This document shows, in pieces, positions 19,246 through 27,873 of a stretch of 64,000 bases of DNA (positions are counted from its first letter, which is position 1; each line of letters begins with the position of its first letter). A model generated the notes under the pieces. It did not search any database. It was not told the origin of the DNA and was given only the letters and a program-made list of their open reading frames with translations. The translations under genes were made by a program, and so were the position numbers. Source of the DNA: Kiritimatiellia bacterium (lineage in GTDB: Bacteria; Verrucomicrobiota; Kiritimatiellia; RFP12; UBA1067); NCBI GenBank assembly GCA_017450695.1, contig JAFSTA010000164.1, positions 37,878 through 101,877 of the forward strand, given 5' to 3'.

Positions 19246-19911
19246 TCATCGCGCTGGGGCTCCTTTGTCAACAGCTGCAAGGCGCGCCCTCAGCCGTTCG
19301 ACTTCTCGCCGCAGCGCGTCATTTTCGGCCTTGAGAGCGGCGATTTCTTCGTTCTGCGTCTTGCGCCGGCCTAGCCTTGCCGCAGTCATGCGCTCCCGTA
19401 TGCCGCCGTTCTCGGTGAAGTCCTTCGCCTTCGCCGCTAGATGCGTCGCCATCATCTTATCTACCATGTGGCAGAGCGTATTCGCGCAATTCGCAAACTC
19501 CTCGTCGGACCACTTCTCGAAGAACGGCTTATAGTCCTCTTCGCGGTTGTTCGCGCGGCAGAACTTCAGCAATCCATCATAACGGGGGTGAGTCTTGTCC
19601 CAGATCGGCAGATTGCGGCTTTTGAGATAGTCGAGGTAGTCCTCCTTCAGCTCCTTGATGCTCGCGCGGGCCACGTTCAGCAGCTTCAACTCCATCTCGG
19701 TCGATGTGACGCCGTCAGCAAATCCTTCGACGATGTTCTGCTTGCCGCTACGCGCAGCCTGCACCATCTGATCCACCGTGCGGTCTCCGTGCTTGGGTAG
19801 AAACCGCCGGCAAAAGACATACGTCATCTGGTAGAGCACCACTGTCTTCTGGTAGAAGTAGAGGTTCTCCCATTTGGTTTGGGCATTCAAAACTTTCACT
19901 TGCTCAGCCAT
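19246..19911 (-). CDS. Four helix bundle suffix domain protein (TIGR04258-like; Avd/23S-IVP fold)
   Basis: LYFYQK, DRTVDQMVQAARSGKQNIVEG, ELKLLNVARASIKELKEDY, FTENGGIRERMTAARL, C-terminal coiled coil. Confidence 0.85.
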   Translation of the reverse strand: MAEQVKVLNAQTKWENLYFYQKTVVLYQMTYVFCRRFLPKHGDRTVDQMVQAARSGKQNIVEGFADGVTSTEMELKLLNVARASIKELKEDYLDYLKSRNLPIWDKTHPRYDGLLKFCRANNREEDYKPFFEKWSDEEFANCANTLCHMVDKMMATHLAAKAKDFTENGGIRERMTAARLGRRKTQNEEIAALKAENDALRREVERLRARLAAVDKGAPAR

Positions 19912-19926
19912 TCGAAGGGATCCTTT

Positions 19927-19984
19927 CTAGAAGAGCTAGAAGTTCTAGTGTCTCTAGAAGCTCTAGAAAAGCTAGAACAACTAG
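19927..19984. repeat. CTAG 9-bp-phase array upstream of the four-helix-bundle gene
   Basis: CTAG at 19927, 936, 945, 954, 963, 972, 981; flanked by GATCCTTT at 19919-19926 and 19986-19993. Confidence 0.9.
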
Positions 19985-20004
19985 AGATCCTTTTCTCGCC
20001 TGCT

Positions 20005-21528
20005 TTACACCTCATAGCCAATCGCCTTCAAGTTCTTCCTGATCGCCGCCTCTAGCCGCGCCGATTCGCCAAAGAGTTCGCCCAGTTCGCCGGTAAGCCG
20101 CTTCATCTTCGCCTTGAACGGTTCGCCGTCGTCTTCCTCCACTTTGCCACCCGCATAGAGGCCCGGCGTGAGCTTGTATTTCTTCTCGGCGATCTCATTC
20201 GTGGTGGCGACGGCGGCGAATCCCTCCTGCTTGCGGAAGCGCCCTTCGCGGAACTTCGCGAACGTGTCCGCAATCTTCGCGATGTCCTCGTCCGAGAACG
20301 CGCGGTGCGTCCTATCCACCATGGAACCGAGCGAGGTGGCGTTGATGAAAAGCGTCTTGCCGGGCTGGTCCTTCGCGCGGTTAAAGAACCAGATCGTCAC
20401 GGGAATGGTCACCGAGTAGAAGAGCTGCGGCGGCAGAGCGACGATGCCCTCCACGAGATCGTTCTCGATGATCGCCTGGCGGATTTTGTCCTCGCCGCCC
20501 GTCGCGCTCGTGAGGGCGCCGTTCGCAAGCACGAGGCCGATGCGGCCCGACGGCTTCAGGTGCGAAATCATGTGCTGGATCCATGCGTAGTTCGCGTTGC
20601 CGTCCGGCGGCAGACCGTACCGCCAGCGCGGATCGTCCTTCACCTTGTCCGCGCCCCACTTCTTCTGGTTGAACGGCGGATTGGCGAAGATGCGGTCCAT
20701 CTGTTTTCCGGCGTGGAGGTCGTGCATGAAGGTGTCCTCGTGGACAGGACCGAAGTCCGCGCCGATGCCGCGGATGGACATGTTGATCTTCGCCATCTTC
20801 CAGGTGTCGGGGTTCGCCTCCTGTCCGAACACCGACACGTCGCCTCTGTTCCGGCTGTGCTCCTTGATGAACTTCAGCGACTGCGAGAACATGCCGCCCG
20901 ATCCGCAGCATGGGTCGTAGATGCGCATTCCCGAGGCAGGCTGCAGCACCTCCACGAGGACGCGCACGATGCTTTCGGGCGTGTAGTATTCGCCGCCGAG
21001 CTTGCCCTCGTATTCGGCGAAGTGCTGGATGCAGTATTCGTAGGTACGCCCCAGCAGATCGCGGTTCGCCTCCACGTCACCGAGGGGAAGCTCGTTCGTG
21101 AAAAGGTCGATCACGTCGCCGAGCATCGCCTTGTTGATGTCCGTCGAGGCGTAGAACTTCGGCAGCACGCCCTTCAGCGACCGGTTCTCGCGCTCGATGG
21201 CGATCATGGCGTTGTCGATCGTCTGGCCGTTCGACGCGTCGTGCGCGACGGCGGCGATCTTCGCCCAGCGCGCGGACTTCGGCACGAAGAAGATGTTCTC
21301 CTCCATGTACGCGTCGCGGTCCTCTTCCTCGCCGTAGTCCTGCTTCTTCAGTTCCTGATAGCGCTTCTCGAACGCATCCGAGATGTAGCGCAGAAACAGC
21401 AACCCCATCAGCACCTGACGGTACTGCGTGGCGGGCAGCTTGCCGCGCATCAGCTCCGCGGCGTTCCAAAGCTTGCCCTCGAATCCCAGCGTTGCCGTCG
21501 ATTTGGCAGAACTTTTGCTTTTCGCCAT
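20005..21528 (-). CDS. hsdM: Type I R-M system DNA methyltransferase subunit M
   Basis: LWNAAELMRG, GEYYTP, YDPCCGSGGMF (motif I), ANPPFN (motif IV), ANYAWIQH; RBS CAGGAG before ATG 21528. Confidence 0.92.
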   Translation of the reverse strand: MAKSKSSAKSTATLGFEGKLWNAAELMRGKLPATQYRQVLMGLLFLRYISDAFEKRYQELKKQDYGEEEDRDAYMEENIFFVPKSARWAKIAAVAHDASNGQTIDNAMIAIERENRSLKGVLPKFYASTDINKAMLGDVIDLFTNELPLGDVEANRDLLGRTYEYCIQHFAEYEGKLGGEYYTPESIVRVLVEVLQPASGMRIYDPCCGSGGMFSQSLKFIKEHSRNRGDVSVFGQEANPDTWKMAKINMSIRGIGADFGPVHEDTFMHDLHAGKQMDRIFANPPFNQKKWGADKVKDDPRWRYGLPPDGNANYAWIQHMISHLKPSGRIGLVLANGALTSATGGEDKIRQAIIENDLVEGIVALPPQLFYSVTIPVTIWFFNRAKDQPGKTLFINATSLGSMVDRTHRAFSDEDIAKIADTFAKFREGRFRKQEGFAAVATTNEIAEKKYKLTPGLYAGGKVEEDDGEPFKAKMKRLTGELGELFGESARLEAAIRKNLKAIGYEV

Positions 21529-21596
21529 TTTCTTCTCCTGTAAATGTGTATTAGGATAACAAATTCCGGCGCGAAACACAATGCGTGACTCCCGCC

Positions 21597-22547
21597 TCAG
21601 CTGCTGTAGAAACGACGGGAGAGGCGTTTGAAGGCGACGGAGAGGAGCAGGAAGGTGACGGCGGGAAGGATACCGTTCACGCCCGCACCGAGGCAGAGCG
21701 TAGCCTGAAGCAAGAGGAGGTTACGGATGTGGCCGCCGACCGTTTCCGGAACCGGCTGGATGAAGTAGAAGACGCTGCCGAGAAACCAGGCGCGCATCAG
21801 GGAGATCACCGCGAAGAAACAGAGAAGCGGCGTGACGAAAGAGGGCAAGTGGCGGGCCTGGATGGAGAACCAGGCAAAGGCGGGAAGGGTGATGACTAAG
21901 GCAACAAAGGGAAACTGGCGAAAACGCGTGCGTTTCGCGTCAACCTCGGTCTCGTGTTTCGCCACCTGCGAGAAGCCGGTCACATAGAGCGTGACGGCGA
22001 GAAACGCGAGCGAGACGGGAATCAACGGGCTGATGTCGGTAGATTCCAGATGATAAAAACGTGGGTTCGCCGCCAGTATGCCCAACAGGAAGCTGCCACC
22101 CCGGCAGAGTCCCATCGCCAAGACGCCGATAACCGGGACGCGCTTCAGGAAGGCATCATAAAGAAAGATGAGAGTCGCCAGGGCGACCGCCGCGAACAGG
22201 GTAGGGCGGTTGAGCAGGGTGGCGAGGTTCAGACCGAGCAGACCGACCAAGACGGCGAAGATTCTCGCCTGGTGGATGGAGATCGCGCCGGAGGGAATGG
22301 GGCGGTCAGGACGGTCGCGCCGATCCTCCTCCACATCCATCACATCGTTGAGGACGAGCCCGAACAGGTAGAGGCAGAGCGAGCAACCGACGACCAACAA
22401 GAGTGCGTGCAGGGAAAGTTGCTGCGCGTCCGGTGCGGAGGCGAGAAGGAAGCCGGCGACCGGTTCCCCCGGAACGGTCAACAGGTTGGGCACGCGGCAC
22501 AGGGCAAGCCAGGCGCGGCTCACGGACGGGGTGGTTGCGTCAGACAT
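21597..22547 (-). CDS. UbiA family prenyltransferase (EboC-like)
   Basis: LCRVPNLLTVPG, LNDVMDVEEDRRDRPDRPIPSG, LYD, MGLCRG; multi-TM. Confidence 0.85.
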   Translation of the reverse strand: MSDATTPSVSRAWLALCRVPNLLTVPGEPVAGFLLASAPDAQQLSLHALLLVVGCSLCLYLFGLVLNDVMDVEEDRRDRPDRPIPSGAISIHQARIFAVLVGLLGLNLATLLNRPTLFAAVALATLIFLYDAFLKRVPVIGVLAMGLCRGGSFLLGILAANPRFYHLESTDISPLIPVSLAFLAVTLYVTGFSQVAKHETEVDAKRTRFRQFPFVALVITLPAFAWFSIQARHLPSFVTPLLCFFAVISLMRAWFLGSVFYFIQPVPETVGGHIRNLLLLQATLCLGAGVNGILPAVTFLLLSVAFKRLSRRFYSS

Positions 22548-22550
22548 GGG

Positions 22551-23645
22551 CTACTCTTTCTTTCCCGCGAACTCCGCGTTCAGCTCCGGGTAGATCATGC
22601 ACTCGACCGATGCTTTCTTCAAGAGCGACTTGTAGAATTCGTTTTTCGCCGTTTCCAGTTTCACATGCTGGATTGTGTCCATGATCCGTTTCCGATTGAT
22701 CGGGACTTCGCGCAGGAGGATTTGGGAGAGTCGGATTTTCTCGGGCGTTGCGGGAGAGGTCTCCGTCTTTTCCTTGGGCGGAATCTTTTCCGTTACCTTC
22801 AGAAGGTGGTACCCCATCGTCGAATGGACCACGGGACTGATCTCGCCGACCTCGAGCTTAAACGCCACGTCATCGGCGGCTTTCGGCAAAAGGCCGCGTG
22901 GGATTACGCCTAGGTCGCCGCCGTCCTTCTTGCTCTGGCACTGCGAAACGTTGCGGGCGACCTCCGCGAAATCGGCGCCGTCGAGAATCTGCTTCCGGAT
23001 TTTTTCGAGCGTCATGACGGAGAACTCGTTCGTCTTGACGATCTCCTGGATGCTGTGATCGATCTCCTCCTGCGAGATCTTCAGCTTGCTGCGTACCGCG
23101 ACGTTCCACAGCTTCTCGATCACGATCCCGTCCTCGAACTCTTTGTGCATCGTTTCGGGATCGAGCGGTCCCTTGTTGAAGAAGTCGTTGGTTGTCCAGT
23201 TGCGCCTGCGCATCGTGGCGGCAAGCGTCTGGAGGCTGTTCGCGCGATCGGCCGGCGTGACCTGGATCTTTTGACGGATCGCCTCATTCATCAAGACGGT
23301 CTTAAAGATGAAGGTACGGATGGAACGCTTGCGGTAATACTCGATCGCCTCATCCATTTTGTTGGAGGGGATTATCAGGTGTTCCGTGCGGATTGCATCC
23401 GTCAAAAAACCCTTCGCGCGTTTTTCCATGTCCGCGAACGTCAGCGGGGTGTCATCGACCTGCGCCACGATTTGGTTGGGGTCTTCCAAAAAGCGAGCTA
23501 CGGCTTGCTGGGAGGCGGAGCCGGAAGCGCCGGAAGATGAGCCAGGCGCGTTCTTCTCGGAAGACGTAGAGTTCTTTCCGCACCCGAGGAAGAGCAGGAT
23601 CGAGATAAAGATGATCGCCGAACAGAAAACAGGGACTTTCCGCAT
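22551..23645 (-). CDS. Parvulin-type peptidylprolyl isomerase lipoprotein (PrsA/SurA-like)
   Basis: Lipobox FLGC; GADFAEVARNVSQCQSKKDGGDLG, GEISPVVHSTMGYHLLKV. Confidence 0.85.
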   Translation of the reverse strand: MRKVPVFCSAIIFISILLFLGCGKNSTSSEKNAPGSSSGASGSASQQAVARFLEDPNQIVAQVDDTPLTFADMEKRAKGFLTDAIRTEHLIIPSNKMDEAIEYYRKRSIRTFIFKTVLMNEAIRQKIQVTPADRANSLQTLAATMRRRNWTTNDFFNKGPLDPETMHKEFEDGIVIEKLWNVAVRSKLKISQEEIDHSIQEIVKTNEFSVMTLEKIRKQILDGADFAEVARNVSQCQSKKDGGDLGVIPRGLLPKAADDVAFKLEVGEISPVVHSTMGYHLLKVTEKIPPKEKTETSPATPEKIRLSQILLREVPINRKRIMDTIQHVKLETAKNEFYKSLLKKASVECMIYPELNAEFAGKKE

Positions 23646-23848
23646 AACAGGATTCCTTTCAAAAAGTTGCCATCCATTTTACAGGAAAAGAAGCCGGATT
23701 CATAGGAGAAAAGTTGGGGGTATAAGTTCGTAAGTTCGCCGGGTAAGCGCGTTCAGCCGGTTGACCGAAAATCAAAAAAAAGATTTTTGGTATTTACTCA
23801 ATTTGACATTTTGCTAAAATGTGTCATTCCTAACGAGCTACGAAGGAT

Positions 23849-24844
23849 ATGCAGATTCAGACAATAGCATACGCACTACCGGATCAGGTGCTGGACAATC
23901 GGACGTTGAGCCAATTGTACACGGGGTGGAGTGAAGAGAAGATCTTCAACAAAACCGGCGTGTCGAAACGTCATGTGGCGGTGACGGAAACAGCCGTGGA
24001 TCTGGCGGAGAACGCCTGCAACCAGCTCTTTGCCCAGGGCGTGGATAAGACGCAGGTAGATTTTCTCCTGTTGTGTACGCAGTCTCCCGATTACCGTCTG
24101 CCGTCATCCGCCTGCATCCTGCAGGATCGGATCGGGCTTCCGAAGAGTTGCGGCGCAACGGATATTGACTTGGGGTGTTCCGGCTACGTGTACGGTTTGG
24201 CCTTTGCCAAGGGACTGCTCGCTACGGGAATGGCGCGGAAGGTCCTGCTCGTTACATCTGATACCTATACCAAATATCTTCATCCGATGGATCGCTCCGT
24301 GCGCACCATCTTCGGTGACGGTGCGGCAGCTACCCTGATCACGGGGGATGGGGCAGGTGAAATCGGCGAGTTCGTTTTCGGAACGGACGGTTCCGGTGCG
24401 GGGCAGCTGATCATCCCGACCGGCGGCAGCAAGGAGCCGATGACGCCGGAGAGCGGTGTGGCGGTCGAAGACAAGTTCGGCAATGTCCGTTCCCGCGACA
24501 ACCTGTACATGAACGGGCAGTCGATCTTCCGTTTCACGCTGCGCGTGGTCCCGAAGGCTGTGGAAGAAGTGCTGGAAAAGAACGGGATGCGGAAGGAAGA
24601 CATTGACCTCTACGTGTTTCATCAGGCGAACGCATTCATGTTGCAGGCGCTCCGCAAAGAGATGGATCTTCCGGAAGAGAAGTTTTACATCAACATGGAA
24701 GATGTCGGCAATACCGTATCCTCCACCATCCCGATCGCGCTGAAGCGCGCGGAAGAAGAAGGACGCCTGACGCGCGGCATGAACGTGATGATGGCCGGAT
24801 TTGGGGTGGGGCTCTCTTGGGCGGCAACCATTGTCCGCTGGTAG
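23849..24844 (+). CDS. fabH: 3-oxoacyl-ACP synthase III family protein
   Basis: DLGCSGYVYGL (catalytic Cys), FGDGAAA, FHQAN, GNTVSSTIP, GFGVGLSW. Confidence 0.85.
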   Translation: MQIQTIAYALPDQVLDNRTLSQLYTGWSEEKIFNKTGVSKRHVAVTETAVDLAENACNQLFAQGVDKTQVDFLLLCTQSPDYRLPSSACILQDRIGLPKSCGATDIDLGCSGYVYGLAFAKGLLATGMARKVLLVTSDTYTKYLHPMDRSVRTIFGDGAAATLITGDGAGEIGEFVFGTDGSGAGQLIIPTGGSKEPMTPESGVAVEDKFGNVRSRDNLYMNGQSIFRFTLRVVPKAVEEVLEKNGMRKEDIDLYVFHQANAFMLQALRKEMDLPEEKFYINMEDVGNTVSSTIPIALKRAEEEGRLTRGMNVMMAGFGVGLSWAATIVRW

Positions 24845-24931
24845 AGTGGCTAGAAGCGCTAGAATGGCTAGAAGCGCTAGCCAGCTACCAACCAGCTACA
24901 AGCTATAAGCTGCCAGCCACCCGCTACCAGT
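24841..24931. repeat. Orphan CTAG 9-bp-phase array followed by AGCTA-type short repeats
   Basis: GTAG 24841 (contains the fabH stop), CTAG at 24850, 859, 868, 877, then CCAGCTACAA-like and AGCTATA-like units. Confidence 0.75.
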
Positions 24932-25071
24932 CACCTCATTTCGTGGTGATTTTTCCGCCCGAAAAAATCTGAAAATGCGGCTTTATTTTTCCTGCTGGCT
25001 TTGCTATACTGTTTTCCGTTTTCATTTCCAGCGGATGCTGGTTTTCGGATTGATTAACGAAGGAGATTGGA

Positions 25072-26223
25072 ATGAAGAAGCCCGTTGCTATTTTCGCGAT
25101 TTTGTGTTCGACGCTTTGTTTCATGGGGTGCAATAAGGCAACAGCCGTTGACAAGGATGGGAAGCCTGCCCCTCTCTCGCCTGAAGTGGTCGAGCAGAAA
25201 ATGCAGACTGCCGGTCAGCCCGCAGCCGCTCAGCCGGCAGCCGAAGTGCCGCCCGTGAAACCGGCTGATCCGAACGAGGTGCTCATTTCTGTCGGCGATG
25301 CGAAGCTCGTGCGCAAGGATCTCGATGCGCAGGTGAATGCGCTCATCAAGGCGCAGAACGTTCCGGCGGAACAGATCCAGATGGCGAAAAACTACTTCGA
25401 GCAGAACCTCGCCCGTCAGTTCGTCGTCCGCACCGTGCTGATGCAGAAGGCGACGGAGGATCAGATCACGATCACCGATGAAGAGAAGAAGAAGCGCGTG
25501 GATGAGATCAACGAGCAACTGAAGAAGAGCAACACGACGCTGGAAGAGCAGCTGGCGAAATCCCCGTTCGGCAAGGAGACGGCGCAGAAGGAATTCGATG
25601 ACGGAATGTTGCTCGACAAGCTGTTGAAGGTTGCGGTCGTCGATAAGATCGAAGTGAAGCCGGAAGAGGTCAAGAAGGAGATTGACGCGATCAAGGCCAA
25701 CAACGCGAAGGTAGAGGAAGAGAACAAGAACCTCGACGCGAAGAAGGGCGAAGCAAAGAAAAAGATCGAGGGGTTGAAGAAGCAGATCGCCGACGGCGCG
25801 GATTTCGCGAAGCTGGCGAAGGAACACTCCGATTGCCCCAGCAAGGAGAAGGGCGGCGACCTGGGCGAGTTCCAGCGCGGCCAGATGGTGAAGGAGTTTG
25901 AAGAGGCCGCCTTCACGCAGCCGATCGGCAAGGTGGGCGAGATCGTCGAGACGAAGTTCGGGTACCACCTGATCCTCGTGACCGCGAAGAATCCTGCGGT
26001 CGAGGCGAAGGATGGCAAGCCGGCGAAGCCGGAGACGGTTAAAGCCTCGCACATCCTGGTGAAGACTCCGGAAGCCCAGCAGCCCCGTCCCGTTCCTTCG
26101 GAAAAGGAAATGATGGAGATGCTGAAGAACCGTCAGGCGCAGCAGTCTATCCAGACCTACATCCAGGATCTGATCAAGAAGGCGAAGATCGAGAACAAGG
26201 CCTTCCCGGATATGAAGTTCTAG
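25072..26223 (+). CDS. Parvulin-type peptidylprolyl isomerase lipoprotein (PrsA-like)
   Basis: Lipobox FMGC; GADFAKLAKEHSDCPSKEKGGDLGEF.RGQMVKEFEEAAF, ETKFGYHLI, VKASHILV. Confidence 0.9.
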   Translation: MKKPVAIFAILCSTLCFMGCNKATAVDKDGKPAPLSPEVVEQKMQTAGQPAAAQPAAEVPPVKPADPNEVLISVGDAKLVRKDLDAQVNALIKAQNVPAEQIQMAKNYFEQNLARQFVVRTVLMQKATEDQITITDEEKKKRVDEINEQLKKSNTTLEEQLAKSPFGKETAQKEFDDGMLLDKLLKVAVVDKIEVKPEEVKKEIDAIKANNAKVEEENKNLDAKKGEAKKKIEGLKKQIADGADFAKLAKEHSDCPSKEKGGDLGEFQRGQMVKEFEEAAFTQPIGKVGEIVETKFGYHLILVTAKNPAVEAKDGKPAKPETVKASHILVKTPEAQQPRPVPSEKEMMEMLKNRQAQQSIQTYIQDLIKKAKIENKAFPDMKF

Positions 26224-26231
26224 TTTTGCGT

Positions 26232-26308
26232 GTGCCTGTAGCTCAGTTGGACAGAGCACAAGATTCCTAATCTTGGGGTCGCGGGTTCGACTCCCGCCAG
26301 GCATACCA
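26232..26308 (+). tRNA. tRNA-Arg (anticodon CCT)
   Basis: Acceptor GTGCCTG/CAGGCAT, D arm TAGCTCAGTTGGACAGAGC, anticodon stem CAAGA-TT CCT AA-TCTTG, T loop GGTTCGACTCC, encoded CCA. Confidence 0.95.
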
Positions 26309-26324
26309 GTTTGGGTGGTGGCAG

Positions 26325-26432
26325 GTAGGTGCCGCGTCCAGAATGACGCGGAACAGAACTGGGGCGTTTCAGGTCTGCGGAGAGGTGATTGGAGCGTTCG
26401 GTTGCGCGGCAGAGATGCCGCGCTTCCTTTTC
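26325..26432. repeat. Pair of REP-like hairpins after the tRNA; the second may act as a terminator
   Basis: GTAG-GTG-CCGCGTC-CAGAAT-GACGCGG (26325-26351) and GCGCGGCA-GAGA-TGCCGCGC-TTCCTTTT (26404-26431). Confidence 0.5.
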
Positions 26433-26502
26433 CAAACTCCCAGTCCCGCTTTTCGCTTTCAGTTGGGCGGCTTGCCCGCCTGTAGTCACAAAGGAGTTCA
26501 AA

Positions 26503-27804
26503 ATGAAGAGTCGTTGTCGTGTTTGGCTGTTTGCCGTCTCTCTGTTCGCTTGTGGTTTGACCGCTTCGGCGAGGTTGCAGTTCTCGATCGTTTCGGATCA
26601 TGCGGACTGCCTCTACCGGTGCGGGGAGGTGGCGACCTTCACCGTGACCGTGACGGAAAGCAACGAGGTTCGTGCCACATCTGGCGAGGTCCGTGTTCGC
26701 GTGGACAACTTTGGACCGCAGGAGCAAGGGATATATACCTTCGATCTGTCGAAGCAGAATCCTTTTACGGTGAAGGGAACCCTGGACACCCCGGGATTCC
26801 TCCGTCTTTGTCTCTCCGGCAAGAATGCCAAGGATCTCGTGTGGAGTGTCGGGTACGAGCCGGAGAAGATCGAGAAAGGTTCTCCCTCGCCCGCCGATTT
26901 CGATGCCTTCTGGTCGGCTGCCGCCGCCCGTCTTGAGTCGGAGGTTCCGATCGATGCGCAGATGACGCGGATCGAGGAACGCTCCACGGCGGATTTCGAC
27001 TTTTACCGTGTCAGCTTCGCCACCTTCGGGCGTCGCGTTCACGGGTACCTTTCGATTCCCAAAGACGCTTCGCGTGCGCCCTTCCCGGTGTCGGTTCAAG
27101 TTGCCGCCGCAGGGTTCGGGAACTGGACGAACAACATGGGGGGAAGGAAAGACCGCATCAATCTGTTCTTTGCAGTCTATCCGTTTGAACCCGACTGGAA
27201 ATGGCAGGAGAAAAACCTGAAGGCGAAGTACGACGAGATGGATGCCGCCTATCGGAAGAACTATGGGACAGGGTATTCGTGCGCGGGAATCGCCGATTCG
27301 CGCGAGTCTTATTTCTTCTATCCGGTCATCCTCGGGATCAACCGCGCGATCAACTGGCTGGCGGCCCGTCCGGATGTCGATCGGCAGAACTTTGTCTATT
27401 CGGGAACCTCGCAGGGTGGGGGATTCGGATTCTACCTTTGCGGATTGAACAAGCATTTCACCAAGGGCGCGTTTTTCGTGCCGGCGATCACCGACACGCT
27501 CGGTTACCTCAAGGGACGCATGAGCGGCTGGCCGCGTATCATTGAAAGCCAGCCGGAGCAGAAGAAGGCGGAGGCGTTGAAAAACGCGCCGTACTTTGAC
27601 GGCGCGAACTTCGCGGCTCGTATCCGCATCCCGGTGCGCGTGGCGGTCGGTTTCTCCGACACGACCTGTCCGCCCTGTGCGGTCTATGCCGCCTTCAACG
27701 CCATCCCGGTTGCCGACAAGCAGATGACGCATGGCTTCGGCATGACGCATTCGTGCCGCGGTGACATCTACAACAAGCTCGGCAAGTGGCTGGAAACACG
27801 CTAG
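26503..27804 (+). CDS. Acetylxylan esterase (CE7/AXE1-like), secreted
   Basis: Signal peptide, PADFDAFW, nucleophile GTSQGG, YFDGANFA.RI, GFSDTTCPP, H in GMTHS; RBS AAGGAG. Confidence 0.85.
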   Translation: MKSRCRVWLFAVSLFACGLTASARLQFSIVSDHADCLYRCGEVATFTVTVTESNEVRATSGEVRVRVDNFGPQEQGIYTFDLSKQNPFTVKGTLDTPGFLRLCLSGKNAKDLVWSVGYEPEKIEKGSPSPADFDAFWSAAAARLESEVPIDAQMTRIEERSTADFDFYRVSFATFGRRVHGYLSIPKDASRAPFPVSVQVAAAGFGNWTNNMGGRKDRINLFFAVYPFEPDWKWQEKNLKAKYDEMDAAYRKNYGTGYSCAGIADSRESYFFYPVILGINRAINWLAARPDVDRQNFVYSGTSQGGGFGFYLCGLNKHFTKGAFFVPAITDTLGYLKGRMSGWPRIIESQPEQKKAEALKNAPYFDGANFAARIRIPVRVAVGFSDTTCPPCAVYAAFNAIPVADKQMTHGFGMTHSCRGDIYNKLGKWLETR

Positions 27805-27854
27805 GCGGCGCACATTACGTCGCCTAAGATGGGTTGCGCTGCCGCGCAACCCAC
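27802..27854. terminator. Two hairpins between convergent genes
   Basis: TAGGCGGCG..CGTCGCCTA and TGGGTTGCGC-TGCC-GCGCAACCCA (27830-27853). No classical U-tract, so it may be REP-like instead. Confidence 0.4.
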
Positions 27855-27873
27855 AAAACCTTTTTCCGTCGCC

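Noticed and set aside
26232-26308. tRNA as an island integration site
   Set aside because: No integrase and no duplicated tRNA 3' end seen in the window.
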